Shown one piece after another: positions 18,616-27,456 of a DNA stretch of 64,000 nt. Below the pieces are notes generated by a model. That model did not search any database and was not told the origin of the DNA. It was given only the letters and a program-made list of their open reading frames with translations. The DNA is taken from positions 4,585 through 68,584 of the forward strand of contig JAIOPI010000019.1 in assembly GCA_021413965.1 (NCBI GenBank), in the 5' to 3' direction. The translations under genes and the position numbers were made by a program. This DNA is from Lentisphaerota bacterium. Its GTDB lineage: Bacteria > Verrucomicrobiota > Kiritimatiellia > UBA8416 > JAIOPI01. The first letter of the stretch is position 1. Every line of letters begins with the position of its first letter.

Positions 18616-19938
18616 TTACGCGTCCCACAGGTGCTGGCGCGTTTCGGCCACGAGCACGCCGCTCAGCGCGAGCAGCGAGATCAGGTTGGGAATGGCCATC
18701 AGGGCATTGGCGACGTCCGCGAAGGACCATACCGTCGGCAGCGTGGTCACGGAACCGGCCATGACGGCCACCACCCACAGCCAGCGATACGGCGCGATCG
18801 CGCGCACGCCGAACAGATACTCGGCGGCCTTCTCGCCGTAGTACGACCAGCCGAGGATCGTGGAGAACACGAACGTCAGCAGCCCGACCGTGAGCACCAC
18901 GGGGCCGATGCCGGGCACCTCGCCGAACGCGGCCTTGGTGAGGGCCGCGCCGTTCAGGCCCTGGGTCCAGTCTCCCGAGTTTACCAGCATGATGCCGGTG
19001 ATGGCGCAGACGACCACGGTATCCCAGAACACGCCGGTGGAGGACACCAGCGCCTGGCGCACGGCATTCCTGGTCTGTGCGGCGGCGGCCACGATCGGGG
19101 CGCTGCCCATGCCGGCCTCGTTCGAGAACAGGCCGCGGGCGATGCCATAGCGCATGGCCTCGCGCATGCCCACGCCGAGGAAGCCGCCCACCGCGGCGTG
19201 CCCGGTGAACGCGCTCGAGAAGATCAGCCGGATGGCGTCCGGGATGGTTTCCCACTTGAGCGCCAGCAGGACCAGGCAGCCGAGCACGTAGAAGATGGCC
19301 ATGAAGGGGACGAGCTTCTCGCAGACGCGGGCGATCGAGCGGATGCCGCCCAGAATGACCACGGCCGTGACGGCGGTCAGGACGAGGCCCGTGATCCACG
19401 GCGCAATGCCCGCGGTTTCCTTGACGAGCGTGGCGATGGAATTGGCCTGCACCATGTTGCCGATGCCGAATGCCGCCACGGCGGTGAAGGCGGCGAAGAG
19501 CACGCCCAGCCAGCGGCATTTCAGGCCGCGCTCGAGCACATACATGGGACCGCCCGCCATGGTGCCGGCCGGCGTCGTGATGCGGTATTTGACGGCCAGC
19601 AGCGCCTCGCCGTATTTCGTCGCGATGCCGAAGACGCCGGTCAGCCACATCCACAGCACCGCGCCGGGGCCGCCGGCGGCGATGGCGGTGGCAACGCCGA
19701 CGATGTTGCCCGTTCCGATGGTGGCGGCGAGGGCGGTGGTAAGCGCGCCGAAGTGGCTGACATCCCCCTCGCCTTCGCGCGTGCGCTCGAGCGAGAGCCG
19801 GATCGCCCGCCCGATGTAGCGCTGGATGAAACGCAGGCGGATGGTGAGGAAGAGATGCGTGCCGAACAGCAGGCACAGCATCGGCGGTCCCCAGACAAGG
19901 TTGCTCAACGACACCAGCAGCGCTTCGAACGTCTCCAT
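18616..19938 (-). CDS. alanine/glycine:cation symporter (AGCS family)
   Basis: 440-aa polytopic membrane protein with family blocks GPGAVLWMW and TILGWSYYGE. Confidence 0.8.
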   Translation of the reverse strand: METFEALLVSLSNLVWGPPMLCLLFGTHLFLTIRLRFIQRYIGRAIRLSLERTREGEGDVSHFGALTTALAATIGTGNIVGVATAIAAGGPGAVLWMWLTGVFGIATKYGEALLAVKYRITTPAGTMAGGPMYVLERGLKCRWLGVLFAAFTAVAAFGIGNMVQANSIATLVKETAGIAPWITGLVLTAVTAVVILGGIRSIARVCEKLVPFMAIFYVLGCLVLLALKWETIPDAIRLIFSSAFTGHAAVGGFLGVGMREAMRYGIARGLFSNEAGMGSAPIVAAAAQTRNAVRQALVSSTGVFWDTVVVCAITGIMLVNSGDWTQGLNGAALTKAAFGEVPGIGPVVLTVGLLTFVFSTILGWSYYGEKAAEYLFGVRAIAPYRWLWVVAVMAGSVTTLPTVWSFADVANALMAIPNLISLLALSGVLVAETRQHLWDA

Positions 19939-20037
19939 GTACCCCCCCCTCGCGTGATGCGCGGCACTCTAGGGGATTTGTGCGCGCGTGGCCAGCTTCC
20001 GCGCAGGCGCACGTGGGGTCATCCCGGGAGGGTGCCT

Positions 20038-21237
20038 TCAGGTGGACGCGGCGAGCACCCCCAGCGCCTTGTCGAGGACCTGCGCCGGCGTGATCTGCTT
20101 GATGCAGATGTTGTTTCCGTCACAGGGGGACTTGCGGTGGTTGTAGGCGGTGACGCAGGGGGAGCAGGACAGGCCCGTGTACATCACCATGGCGTGCGGG
20201 CTGAGCGGCCGGTACAGGAGCGGCGTCTCGGGGCCGAAGAACACGATCGTGGGCAGGGGCGTCAGCGAGGCGAAATGTCCGGGCCCGCCGTCATTCGTGA
20301 TAAGCAGCTTCGCGATGTAGAACAGGCGCACCAGGTCCTGCAGCGATTTCGTGTAGCCGGTGAGATCCAGGCGCCGGTCGGCCGGGCAGGCGGCGAGGAT
20401 GCGCTGGGCCAGTGCCTTGTCCGCCGGCAGCCCGGTGATGCCGACGGTGTAACCGCGCGCGGCCAACTCGCGCCCGAGCGTGGCGTAATGATCCTCCGGC
20501 CAGGCACGGATGGGCAGGAACCCGCCCCCCGGATAGAGCAGCACGAGCCGGTCGCTGGCCACGCCCGGAAAGTCGCGGGCCAGGGCCGCCCGTGCGGCGT
20601 CGATAGCAGTCGCGTCCACAGCCAGCGGTGGCAGCGACTCCGGAAGCACGCCCCGGCGTTTGACGAGCGGCGCACCCTGGCCGTCGATGGCGTCTGCCAG
20701 CGCCATGAACTGCAGGGCGATGTGCTGGTAGGGATTGTAGAGCACCGGCCGGTTGATGAAGCCGCCGCGGTACAAGCCCTCCTGGGTGTGGGGATGAAAG
20801 CCGACGCGAAGCGCAGCCCCGCTGAGCACGGCGAACACGCTGCTGATGCGCGAGAACAACTCGCAGTCGATGACGGTGTCGATTCCGAGCTGGCGCATGC
20901 GGCGCAGCGCGCGCAGACTGTCGGCCAGCAGGGCGCCGGGCGAGTCGTCGCGCACGGTCAGCATGCGGTCCGGCGGCACGCGGCCGAGCAGTTCGAGCAC
21001 GGGCCGGTTGCGGGCGAAGAGCAGCACGTGGATGGCCGCGCCGGGATACCGCGCCTGCAGCTGTTCGAACATGGGGACGGTGAGCACGAGGCTGCCCATT
21101 TCGGACAGCAGCACCACGAGGATCTGGCGCGGTTCGGCCGGCGCGCGCGTCGGCATCAGCCGGCGCCACAGCGTGAGCAGGCGGCACAGCGGCACGCCCA
21201 CCCGGCGATCGACCCAGCGTTGGGTGTCAATGTTCAT
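20038..21237 (-). CDS. glycosyltransferase family 9 (ADP-heptose:LPS heptosyltransferase-like)
   Basis: GT9 fold blocks; C-terminal region NDGGPGHFASL...FGPE. Start MNIDTQRW. Confidence 0.7.
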   Translation of the reverse strand: MNIDTQRWVDRRVGVPLCRLLTLWRRLMPTRAPAEPRQILVVLLSEMGSLVLTVPMFEQLQARYPGAAIHVLLFARNRPVLELLGRVPPDRMLTVRDDSPGALLADSLRALRRMRQLGIDTVIDCELFSRISSVFAVLSGAALRVGFHPHTQEGLYRGGFINRPVLYNPYQHIALQFMALADAIDGQGAPLVKRRGVLPESLPPLAVDATAIDAARAALARDFPGVASDRLVLLYPGGGFLPIRAWPEDHYATLGRELAARGYTVGITGLPADKALAQRILAACPADRRLDLTGYTKSLQDLVRLFYIAKLLITNDGGPGHFASLTPLPTIVFFGPETPLLYRPLSPHAMVMYTGLSCSPCVTAYNHRKSPCDGNNICIKQITPAQVLDKALGVLAAST

Positions 21238-21254
21238 GCTGCCGTTCCATCGCG

Positions 21255-22751
21255 TCATTCGCCGGGGGCCACGCCGATGCGCAGCGGGCCGGCCCGCTCT
21301 TCGCGCCACCCCGCCGGGAATCGCGCGCGCGCGAGGTCCGGGTGGCGGAGCGTATCGAGCAGTTTCGATTTCCCGTTAACATGTCCCGCGGTTTCCGGCA
21401 ACAGACGATTCAGCAGGTACAGGACGCCGACGCCGTCGTCGCGCATCAGCGTGGCATCGACGCCGTCGGCAGGCACGCCGCCCTTCGCCAGCATGTCCGC
21501 CGCCGTTCGCTGGTGGCGGTAGGCGACGCCGTAGTCGCCGCCCGTTCCTCCGGTGTGCCGAATGTGGGCGATGACGGCGAGCCAGACGACGACGCCGCAC
21601 GTCACGACGAGCGCGCCGGGCAGCCACGGGGCGAGGGATGCCGCGCGCGGCACACGCAGACGCCCGGCGCCCAGACCGGCCAGGAACAACAGGGCGGGCA
21701 AGCCGATAATGAAATAGTGCGGCGGTGCCACAATGCCGCGGGCCGCGTACAGCGCGGGCGGCATAAGGGCGGCGAGTGCGAGCCAGAGGCGGAAATCAGG
21801 GTGGTGCGAGGCGTCCCGCCGAGCCGAATGACTCGCCAGCGCCAGCACCGCCACCGTGCCGGTCCAGGCAAGTAGCTCCAGCAGCGAGCCGGCGGCGCCG
21901 GGCATGACGCTCGCCAGCGAGGCCGGCCCCGCGGCCCCGATCTGGCCGAACCCGCCCGCGAAGGCGGTCTGCACCCAGGACCGCAGCACGGATCCTGCCT
22001 GCGCTATTCCGCCACCTCCGCCGACGTGGGCCTGTGCGCGCAGATCGGCGCATGCGGTGGCCGTCAGATGGTGCAGGTAGGGGCCGAGCACGAGCAAGGC
22101 CGGCAGCCCCCCCGCCAGCGCCCAGCGCAGATTGAGCCGCCCGCGCAGGGCGGTGGACGTCAGCCACAGGAGGGCCACGGCGACGAGGCACCAGGCGGAA
22201 AAGTGGATCTGCCAGGCCAGCGCCAGAACGGGCAGCAGCCAGAAGGTGGCGCGGTGGCGCGGGTGAGCCGTGCCAATGGCCATGATGATGAGCGCGAGCA
22301 GCATAAAGACCGGGAGCACGCTTTGCGCCCAGATCTTGCGGCTGTACAAGATGAGCCACGGGTGCACGGCCATGAACGCCGCGGCCCAGCGACCGGCCGC
22401 CGGCTGGCCCAGCGCGCGTCCGAGTCGCAGCATCAACCAGACGGCGAGGACATTCAGCACCGCGATGAAACCGCCGATGGCCAGAGGGGACGCCTGCGCG
22501 GCCACCCACGGCCACAGCAGGAAGATGAAGCCCGGCGGATTCCGGACCCCGACACCGCTCATCATCCCGTATTGCGGGAGCCCGCCGCGCAGCACCCATT
22601 CGCGCGTCAACTGGAGTACGTCGACTTCGTCGAACTTGAATTCCATCAAGTCAAACCAGAGCAGGCGGACGACGAGCGCCAGGATGAGTACGCCGATTTC
22701 GATCGCGCGCACGCGGGCGGTCGGGGCGCAGGCGTCTGGCGTCTGGCTCAT
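21255..22751 (-). CDS. PMT/ArnT-like (GT39/GT83) integral-membrane glycosyltransferase
   Basis: About 12 TM segments, with a DE-containing first periplasmic loop (FDEVDVLQLTREW) typical of the dolichyl-/undecaprenyl-phosphate-sugar transferase (GT-C) fold. Confidence 0.6.
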   Translation of the reverse strand: MSQTPDACAPTARVRAIEIGVLILALVVRLLWFDLMEFKFDEVDVLQLTREWVLRGGLPQYGMMSGVGVRNPPGFIFLLWPWVAAQASPLAIGGFIAVLNVLAVWLMLRLGRALGQPAAGRWAAAFMAVHPWLILYSRKIWAQSVLPVFMLLALIIMAIGTAHPRHRATFWLLPVLALAWQIHFSAWCLVAVALLWLTSTALRGRLNLRWALAGGLPALLVLGPYLHHLTATACADLRAQAHVGGGGGIAQAGSVLRSWVQTAFAGGFGQIGAAGPASLASVMPGAAGSLLELLAWTGTVAVLALASHSARRDASHHPDFRLWLALAALMPPALYAARGIVAPPHYFIIGLPALLFLAGLGAGRLRVPRAASLAPWLPGALVVTCGVVVWLAVIAHIRHTGGTGGDYGVAYRHQRTAADMLAKGGVPADGVDATLMRDDGVGVLYLLNRLLPETAGHVNGKSKLLDTLRHPDLARARFPAGWREERAGPLRIGVAPGE

Positions 22752-24532
22752 GGGCGGGACCCGGGCGCGTGGGGCGCGGACGAGTCGGCATCCTGCGCGA
22801 CGGCGGCTTCGAAAACGGCGAAGGCGGGCAGCTTGGGATTCAAGCGCCGGGCGCGCTCCCAGGCGGCGCGTCCGGCGTCGGGCTGGCCGGACAGCAGGCA
22901 GGCGTATGCCCGCTTGGCCCAGTCCTGGGGGCGGAAAGGATCGATGGTCAGGGCCTTCTCGTAGTAGCCCGCGGATGTCTGGAAGTCGCCACGGTCATCG
23001 TAGGAGAGGGCCAGGTTGCGATAGATGGCGGCGTCGAGATCGAATCGCAGGGGCAGCCGTTTCTCCGCCGCCTGGAAGTATCGCAAGGCCTCGTCCTTGT
23101 CGCCCCGCACGTAGAGGGCGCACCCAAGGGGCAAATACGAGGAGGCCGGCTCAAACCCGGCGGCATCGGCGCGGGCCACGACCAGGGCGCGCGTGGCGCA
23201 GGCGATCACGCGATCATAGTCGCCGCGTTCGTAGTAGGCCGCGGCAAGGTTGGCGAGCACGGTGGGATGGTCCGGCACGTGGCGCGCCGTGGCGGTCCAA
23301 AGGGTGACGTTGTCGCGCCAGACGGGATTGCGCTGGCAGACGCGCGCGGTCATGGCCGCGGCGACGAGCAGGCTGGCGACGACGAGGACGCGACGGTAGC
23401 GGGAGTGGAGTCCGCGCGCGAGCTCCCAGCCCAACCACAGGCACAGCCCGATCGAGGGCAGGTAGAGATAGCGTTCCGCCATGGGGTTGAAGATCGGGTA
23501 GATGTTTGCAACAGGGGCGAGGCTGACAAACCACCAGAGCATGCCGGTGATGAAGAACACCGAACGGCGCCCGTGGATCAGCGAGGCCGCCACGACGAGC
23601 AGCGCGCTGAGCGAGATGAAGAAGCCGGGATCGAGCTCAGGGGTGTAGCTCGAGATCGGATAGTAGGCCGACAGTCGCAGCGGGAAGACGAAGAGGAAAA
23701 GGTAGTAGGCCTGGATCTTGACGTCGGCGAGCAAGGTGCCGAGCAGCGAGCCCCCGAGCCTGGGCTCATGGCCTTCCATCGGACACTGCATCCAGTGGAA
23801 GCGCAGTAGCAGGAAGAACATGGTCACCACGCCCAGGCCAAGCACGTGGATCATGCCGGGGCGTTGCAGGAGCGACCGCCATGGGGCCGGTGGTGCGGGC
23901 GTGGCCGGCGAGGGCACAGCCGCGTCGTGGCGGGCGATCGTCCAATCGAGCAGGAGTGCCAGTGCAGGATAGATCACGGCCATTTCCTTGGCGAGCGTGG
24001 CCAGTGCATACAAGAGCCACGCAACCGGGAACCAGAGCCCCGGAGCGGCGTGACGGCCCCGCCGGTAGGCAAGCCAGCTGAGCGGCAGCAGCAGGCCGAC
24101 TTGCAGGTCTTCGCGGAACGAGAGGTTGTTCACCACCTCCGTGTGCACGGGGTGCAGGGCAAACAGTGCCGCACCGAGGCCAGCGGCCAGCGCGGATGCG
24201 GTCAGCGCGCGGTAGAGGAAGAAGAGCGCGATGACCGTGGCGGCGTAAAGGAGCACGTTGGACAGGTGGGGGCCCATGGCGCGTGCACCCCACAGCGCCC
24301 AATCGATAAAATACGAGGCCGTGCAGACCGGGCGGTAGCTGGCCTCGTTGCTGTAGCCGAAGTAGTTCGCATTGAACAGATGCGGCAGGTTGTTCCGGCT
24401 GCGGATGAACGCGTTGTCGGCGTAGGTGAAGAAGTCGTCAATCGTGTAGCCGTTGCCGAGGGAATTCAGGTAGGGCAGCACGGCCAAGGCCAGCAGGGCC
24501 AGAACGCACAACCGGGTAGAAACGGGCCTCAA
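22748..24532 (-). CDS. TMTC-like membrane protein (DUF1736-type TM domain + C-terminal TPR repeats); putative protein O-glycosyl/mannosyl-transferase
   Basis: The N-terminus LCVLALLALAVLPYLNSLGNGYTIDDF is TMTC-like, followed by ~10 TM helices and a C-terminal TPR region. The ORF continues to 25204, but that extension overlaps the divergent gene, so a TTG start near 24532 is inferred. Confidence 0.55.
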   Translation of the reverse strand: MRPVSTRLCVLALLALAVLPYLNSLGNGYTIDDFFTYADNAFIRSRNNLPHLFNANYFGYSNEASYRPVCTASYFIDWALWGARAMGPHLSNVLLYAATVIALFFLYRALTASALAAGLGAALFALHPVHTEVVNNLSFREDLQVGLLLPLSWLAYRRGRHAAPGLWFPVAWLLYALATLAKEMAVIYPALALLLDWTIARHDAAVPSPATPAPPAPWRSLLQRPGMIHVLGLGVVTMFFLLLRFHWMQCPMEGHEPRLGGSLLGTLLADVKIQAYYLFLFVFPLRLSAYYPISSYTPELDPGFFISLSALLVVAASLIHGRRSVFFITGMLWWFVSLAPVANIYPIFNPMAERYLYLPSIGLCLWLGWELARGLHSRYRRVLVVASLLVAAAMTARVCQRNPVWRDNVTLWTATARHVPDHPTVLANLAAAYYERGDYDRVIACATRALVVARADAAGFEPASSYLPLGCALYVRGDKDEALRYFQAAEKRLPLRFDLDAAIYRNLALSYDDRGDFQTSAGYYEKALTIDPFRPQDWAKRAYACLLSGQPDAGRAAWERARRLNPKLPAFAVFEAAVAQDADSSAPHAPGSRP

Positions 24533-24698
24533 GAATGCTGCTCCCCGCGGGCGGCGTGCACCACTCCCGGGACTCGGGTTTCTGCTGCCGCCGCGCGTCG
24601 CCCTGAAGATAGCACAGCGCCTTCCCGCCGCAAACGGAAAGGGCTCTGGTCGCACGTGCCGGCATTGACGCCCGGGCGTGCGGCCCTTAGGCTGCCGC

Positions 24699-25685
24699 AT
24701 GCTTCGCCTATCCAGATGGACTCGCGGCGCATTGGCGTCGCTCCTCGTGCTGGGGCTGATCGGACCGGCGACGGGCAGGGCCTTGGCCGCGCCGCAGCTC
24801 GTGGTCCGCGATCCTGTGTTTGACTTCGGTGCCGTCTTTGACGATGCCCCGCTCACGCGCACCTTTCTGCTGGAAAATGCCGGCGATGCGCCTCTGACCA
24901 TCACGAACATCCGTCCTGGCTGTCCCGAGTGCACGCGTTTCACGCTGGAACGCGACGTCATTCCCGCCGGGGAGTCCGCGACACTGGTTGTCACCCTGGA
25001 AACGGTCGGACTCGAAGACGACGTGACGAAAGAGCTGACGCTGGAAACCAATGATCCCAAGGCGCTGCGGGCGACGCTGACGCTGCGCGGGCACATCATG
25101 CCCCGCTTCGAGTGCCATCCCAAGACGGCCATCATGGAACTCGCCTCGACGAACGCGTTTGGCTCGACGCAGGTGACCATCAACCCGCGGCGCGCCATGA
25201 ACATGCCACTGACTGAAGTGACCTCGGATTCCCCCCTGCTCTACGGCGTGGTCGCTCCCGATGCCGACGGTGCATTCACGCTCCAGATCTACACCCGTCC
25301 GCCATTGCCCACGGGCATCCTGCACGGCCACTTGCGGGTCGCGTCTGCAGACACAAACGATCCGGTGTGCACGGTGAAGGTCGATCTCGGGGTCTGGCCG
25401 GGATTCCTGGCCGTGCCGGATGTCTTGCGGTTCGAGGAGGGTGTGGCCGGGCAGATGCGAATTCTTTTTGTGCGGCAGTTCCCGGATACGCCGCACAGCA
25501 TTCAAAGTGTGGAGGACGCCTCCGGCAACCTCGCCTGCGAGATATATCCCGAGCCTGCCGGTCTGAATTACCGCATCTACGTCTATGCCCGGGAGGTCGC
25601 TGCGGCGGGTGCTGGCACGCTTCTCATCCACACCGACGATCCGGAACAGCCAACCCTCTCCGTCCCCTACGCGTTCGAACACTAA
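24699..25685 (+). CDS. DUF1573-domain secreted protein (two ASH/Ig-like DUF1573 repeats)
   Basis: Signal peptide MLRLSRWTRGALASLLVLGLIGPATGRALA, then DPVFDFGAVFDDAPLTRTFLLENAGDAPLTITNIRPGCPEC, the DUF1573 hallmark. Confidence 0.65.
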   Translation: MLRLSRWTRGALASLLVLGLIGPATGRALAAPQLVVRDPVFDFGAVFDDAPLTRTFLLENAGDAPLTITNIRPGCPECTRFTLERDVIPAGESATLVVTLETVGLEDDVTKELTLETNDPKALRATLTLRGHIMPRFECHPKTAIMELASTNAFGSTQVTINPRRAMNMPLTEVTSDSPLLYGVVAPDADGAFTLQIYTRPPLPTGILHGHLRVASADTNDPVCTVKVDLGVWPGFLAVPDVLRFEEGVAGQMRILFVRQFPDTPHSIQSVEDASGNLACEIYPEPAGLNYRIYVYAREVAAAGAGTLLIHTDDPEQPTLSVPYAFEH

Positions 25686-25737
25686 ACCCGTCTCCATTCT
25701 GGACTTTCGGCCCATCTTCTGACATGCTGACGACGCC

Positions 25738-25935
25738 ATGAGAGGGCGGGTATTTGACGGGGTGCGGCGGTTTATAGCCGATGAAGCAGCGCAGGCCATG
25801 ACCGAATATCTGGTCCTGACGATGTTCACCGTCTTGGCCTGTTTGTATCTCCTGAACCCCAATACCGAGCTGTATCAAGGGTTGCGGCGTTTTTACGAAC
25901 TGATCATGCGCGGTGTCTTCTTCCCGGGCCCTTGA
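25738..25935 (+). CDS. Flp/Fap-like pilin (second, divergent copy), non-canonical processing site
   Basis: 65 aa. ...DEAAQAMTEYLVLTMFTVLACLYLL resembles the Flp G/XXXXEY prepilin motif plus hydrophobic helix, but has Ala instead of Gly at -1. Sits directly upstream of the cpaA prepilin peptidase. Confidence 0.4.
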   Translation: MRGRVFDGVRRFIADEAAQAMTEYLVLTMFTVLACLYLLNPNTELYQGLRRFYELIMRGVFFPGP

Positions 25936-25948
25936 GCGTGGCGAGGCG

Positions 25949-26464
25949 ATGTCGATGGACACAATGCTGACAGCGTCGCTGGTGGTGCTTGCCCTGCTGC
26001 TGAGTGTCGCCGTCTACACGGAACTCACGGCGGCCCGCATTCCCAACTGGCTGACGCTGGTGGGCCTCACCTTCGGGTTGCTGTTTGGCGCCTTGCCGGG
26101 CGGGTTGACGCTGGAATCGAGCTTCATGGGCCTGCTGACCGGGTTCGGTGTGCTGTTCATCTTCTATGTCTTCGGCGGCATGGGGGGTGGAGATGTGAAG
26201 CTGATGGGGGCTGTGGGGTCGTTGATCGGCTATCCGATGATCATTTCCGCGTTGGTTTACACCGCCATCATCGGCGGGGTCATGGCCTTGTCTCTGGTGG
26301 CCAGCCGTGGGGTGACGGGGCTGTGCCGCTGGGCGCGCGCCGGTGGCGGCGCGGGGGGCGCCGCCGCCGCACAGACGCCAGCCCCGCCAGCCCGTCTCAC
26401 GGTGCCCTACGCCCTCGCGATCGCCTCGGGGACGCTGCTCGTCTTCTACTTCGGCTCGCGGTAA
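25949..26464 (+). CDS. cpaA: Flp prepilin peptidase (A24 family)
   Basis: Hydrophobic N-terminus and a GGGDVKLMGAVG catalytic-Asp block typical of CpaA/TadV. Confidence 0.8.
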   Translation: MSMDTMLTASLVVLALLLSVAVYTELTAARIPNWLTLVGLTFGLLFGALPGGLTLESSFMGLLTGFGVLFIFYVFGGMGGGDVKLMGAVGSLIGYPMIISALVYTAIIGGVMALSLVASRGVTGLCRWARAGGGAGGAAAAQTPAPPARLTVPYALAIASGTLLVFYFGSR

Positions 26465-26473
26465 CCATTGCAC

Positions 26474-27451
26474 ATGAAACGCCCATTCCAGATCTGGTCC
26501 GATGAGAGCGCGCAGGCGCTGACGGAGTTTGCCGTCGTGGGGCCGATTGTCTTCTTCATCTTCTTCGCCAGTTTCCAATTCATCGCCATGTGGAACGTGC
26601 AGATGATGGTGGACTACGCGGCCTTCTGCGCCGCGCGATCGATTGCCGTGCAGGAGGCCCACATCGGCCCGGCGGCGGCCGGGATCCTGGCGCGAGCCGC
26701 CGCCTCCGTTGCGCTGATGCCGGTTTCCAAGCCTGTCAAAGGCGAGGCGGCCGCTTACCTGCAGCTGCTCGGGGGTGGCTCCGTGCTGAGTGCTCTGAAA
26801 TCCAAGGCCAAGGTCGAGCAGGATCTGCTCATGGCGCTCGGGCGCAGCCTCAACCAGGTGACCGGTGACGGAAACAGCAATGCCAAGGTCCTGGAAAAGA
26901 TGTCCTGGCTGCTGACCGCCTGGGGCCGCATCAATGTCGGGTCTCCCCCCACGGCCCTCTCCTACGGCAAGCAATCCGCCGGCGGGCTCACGGAAGTCAG
27001 TCTCGAGCTGCGCTACGACTATCCCCTCTTCATCCCTGGCTTTGCGGAGTTCTGGAATTACCTGACCGGCACCCCCATGGAGAATGCCTTCACGCGCAAG
27101 TCCGCCGGGATCCCGTTCTTCTTCCAGACCCTGCGCAGCAAGTGCGCGGTGGGCTACGAGGACTTCAGCCGGAACTTTGAGAACAATCCGCACGTGAACA
27201 ACCCGTATGCCGACCGGATCAACAGCGTCGACCAGGACCGGATCAACCAGCTCAACAAGGAAATTGCGCAGCTCCAGCAGGAGTTCCAGCAGGCCAAGTC
27301 CCAGCACGATAGCTGCGGGGCCAATTCCAAGAGCATGGGTTTTGCGACCGTTGGCGCGTGCCAAGCCTTCTACAAGGCCCGGATGGACGATCTTTCGGGC
27401 CAAATCGATGCCAAACGCGCCGAGCTGGACGCCTTGATGCCCAATTTCTGA
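26474..27451 (+). CDS. TadE-like pseudopilin with C-terminal coiled-coil extension
   Basis: N-terminus ESAQALTEFAVVGPIVFFIFF is the TadE motif. C-terminal region is heptad-rich (QLNKEIAQLQQEFQQAKSQ...). Confidence 0.7.
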   Translation: MKRPFQIWSDESAQALTEFAVVGPIVFFIFFASFQFIAMWNVQMMVDYAAFCAARSIAVQEAHIGPAAAGILARAAASVALMPVSKPVKGEAAAYLQLLGGGSVLSALKSKAKVEQDLLMALGRSLNQVTGDGNSNAKVLEKMSWLLTAWGRINVGSPPTALSYGKQSAGGLTEVSLELRYDYPLFIPGFAEFWNYLTGTPMENAFTRKSAGIPFFFQTLRSKCAVGYEDFSRNFENNPHVNNPYADRINSVDQDRINQLNKEIAQLQQEFQQAKSQHDSCGANSKSMGFATVGACQAFYKARMDDLSGQIDAKRAELDALMPNF

Positions 27452-27456
27452 ACCCC

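Noticed and set aside
24701-25204. N-terminal 168-aa extension of the 818-aa minus-strand ORF
   Set aside because: The extension has low-complexity R/S/P-rich composition and runs antisense through the well-supported DUF1573 gene (signal peptide at 24699). The TMTC-like gene most likely starts downstream, at a TTG near 24532.
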